The translations under genes and the position numbers were made by a program. From Azolla caroliniana (lineage: Eukaryota; Plantae; Polypodiophyta), in NCBI GenBank assembly GCA_043228905.1, contig JBHGNT010000013.1:13020001-13084000 (forward strand): 64,000 nucleotides of DNA, read 5' to 3'. Below, piece by piece: positions 62,830 to 64,000 of the stretch. The stretch's first letter is position 1. The number at the start of each line of letters is the position of its first letter. Below the pieces are notes generated by a model. It was not told the origin of the DNA. It worked only from the letters and a program-made list of their open reading frames with translations, and searched no databases.

Positions 62830-64000
62830 TGCATCTTGGTTCTCCCTTGCCGCCCTTTCATGTCGGGTTCACCAATTTATGTCGCGAAGTTTCGCGCACG
62901 TGTGTTACTTGGGCGGGCCCACGGGGGTCTTGGACTAGGGAGTACTCAAGGGATAGAGAAGACCCAAGGTTTGCTTTACGACAATACTACTTCCCGACCC
63001 CTTCCCGAGCAAGGTCTCGTTGCCCTTTGTTTTGTGAGGTCGGTGGCTTTGGTTGATCACGACTCGTCGACCTTCCGACATCACCGCACGAGCCAAGTGA
63101 CCAAACGGGTACAAGCAAGATGATCATGCAACATGAACGCACAAGGGGACGATAACAGAAACATGAATGTCTGTACGTCTTTATGAGGAAGAGAGGTGCA
63201 TGGGCACGCCCGAACGTTTCCTCGTCACAAGACGTCGAACGTACGAGGAAGACACAAAACACATGCACAAATGCTCGTACGCCTTTATGAGGAGGAGAGG
63301 TGCATGGGCAAGCCCGAATGCTCCCTCGTCACGAGACGGCTGAACGTACAAGCAAGACACAAACACACGCACAAAAGGCTCTTACACCTTTATGAGGAGG
63401 AGAGGTGCATGGGCGAGCCCGAAACGCTCCCTCGTCACGAGACGGCCGAATGTACAAGGAAGACACAACACACGCACAAAATGCTCGTACGTCTTTATGA
63501 GGAGAGGTGCATGGGCACGCCCGAAACGCTCCCTCATCACAAGACGACCGAACATACAAGGAAGACACAAACACACACACAAATGCTCGTACGCCTTTAT
63601 GAGGAGAGGTGCATGGGCAAGCCCGAACGGTCCCCTCGTCACAAGACGGCCGAACATACAAGGAAGACACTAACACACACACAAATGCTCGTACGCCTTT
63701 ATGAGGAAGAGAGGTGCATGGGCAAGCCCGAACGGTCCCCTCGTCACAAGACGGCCGAACGTACAAAAGAAGACACAAACACACACACACACACAAATGC
63801 TCGTACGCCTTTATGAGGAGGAGAGGTGCATGGGCAAGCCCGAACGGTCCCCTCGTCACAAGACGGCCGAACGTACAAAAAAAAACACACAAACACACGC
63901 ACAAAATGCTCGTACGCCTTTATGAGGAGGAGAGGTGCATGGGCAAGCCCGAACAATCCCCTCGTCACAAGACCGCCGAACATACAAGGAAGACATGAAT
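62830..64000 (-). mobile_element. Gypsy D copy 2 (PBS-Trp 62857-62874, LTR from 62880 past window edge)
   Basis: Paralog of 17180 onwards. Confidence 0.85.
63160..64000. repeat. ~102-112-bp LTR tandem repeat, at least 8 units
   Basis: Unit starts near 63167, 63271, 63376, 63481, 63583, 63685, 63797, 63906. Confidence 0.92.

Noticed and set aside
17517-63998. Repetitive ORFs LYEEERCMG..
   Set aside because: Translations of the ~105-bp LTR tandem repeat with frame changes between units.

Overview
Repeat-dense eukaryotic nuclear DNA, probably from a land plant and possibly a non-seed plant (inferred from the plant-type tRNA-Trp/iMet primer sites, an MA3/MRF gene fragment and the retroelement types). 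It contains no intact host protein gene. The backbone is an AT-rich head-to-tail array of about 40 recognisable tRNA-Ser genes and pseudogenes. All are on the + strand and share one 81-nt body carrying AGA, TGA or CGA anticodons, plus TTA and TCA variants. About a dozen older 'ghost' copies lie in the spacers. The array is split into seven blocks by an L1-type LINE, two chromovirus-like Ty3/gypsy families, two Ty1/copia families, an Athila/Tat-like gypsy, solo LTRs and a tRNA-Trp-primed gypsy family. Arrays and TE remnants were duplicated together as multi-kb blocks. The right third is a three-level nest (copia > gypsy A > very young gypsy B). Both gypsy insertions have the same 4-bp ACGC target duplication and a candidate -1 frameshift/pseudoknot after the protease. 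A host MA3-domain exon is fused in frame to a chromovirus integrase tail. All counts and identities are by eye; boundaries of decayed elements are approximate.
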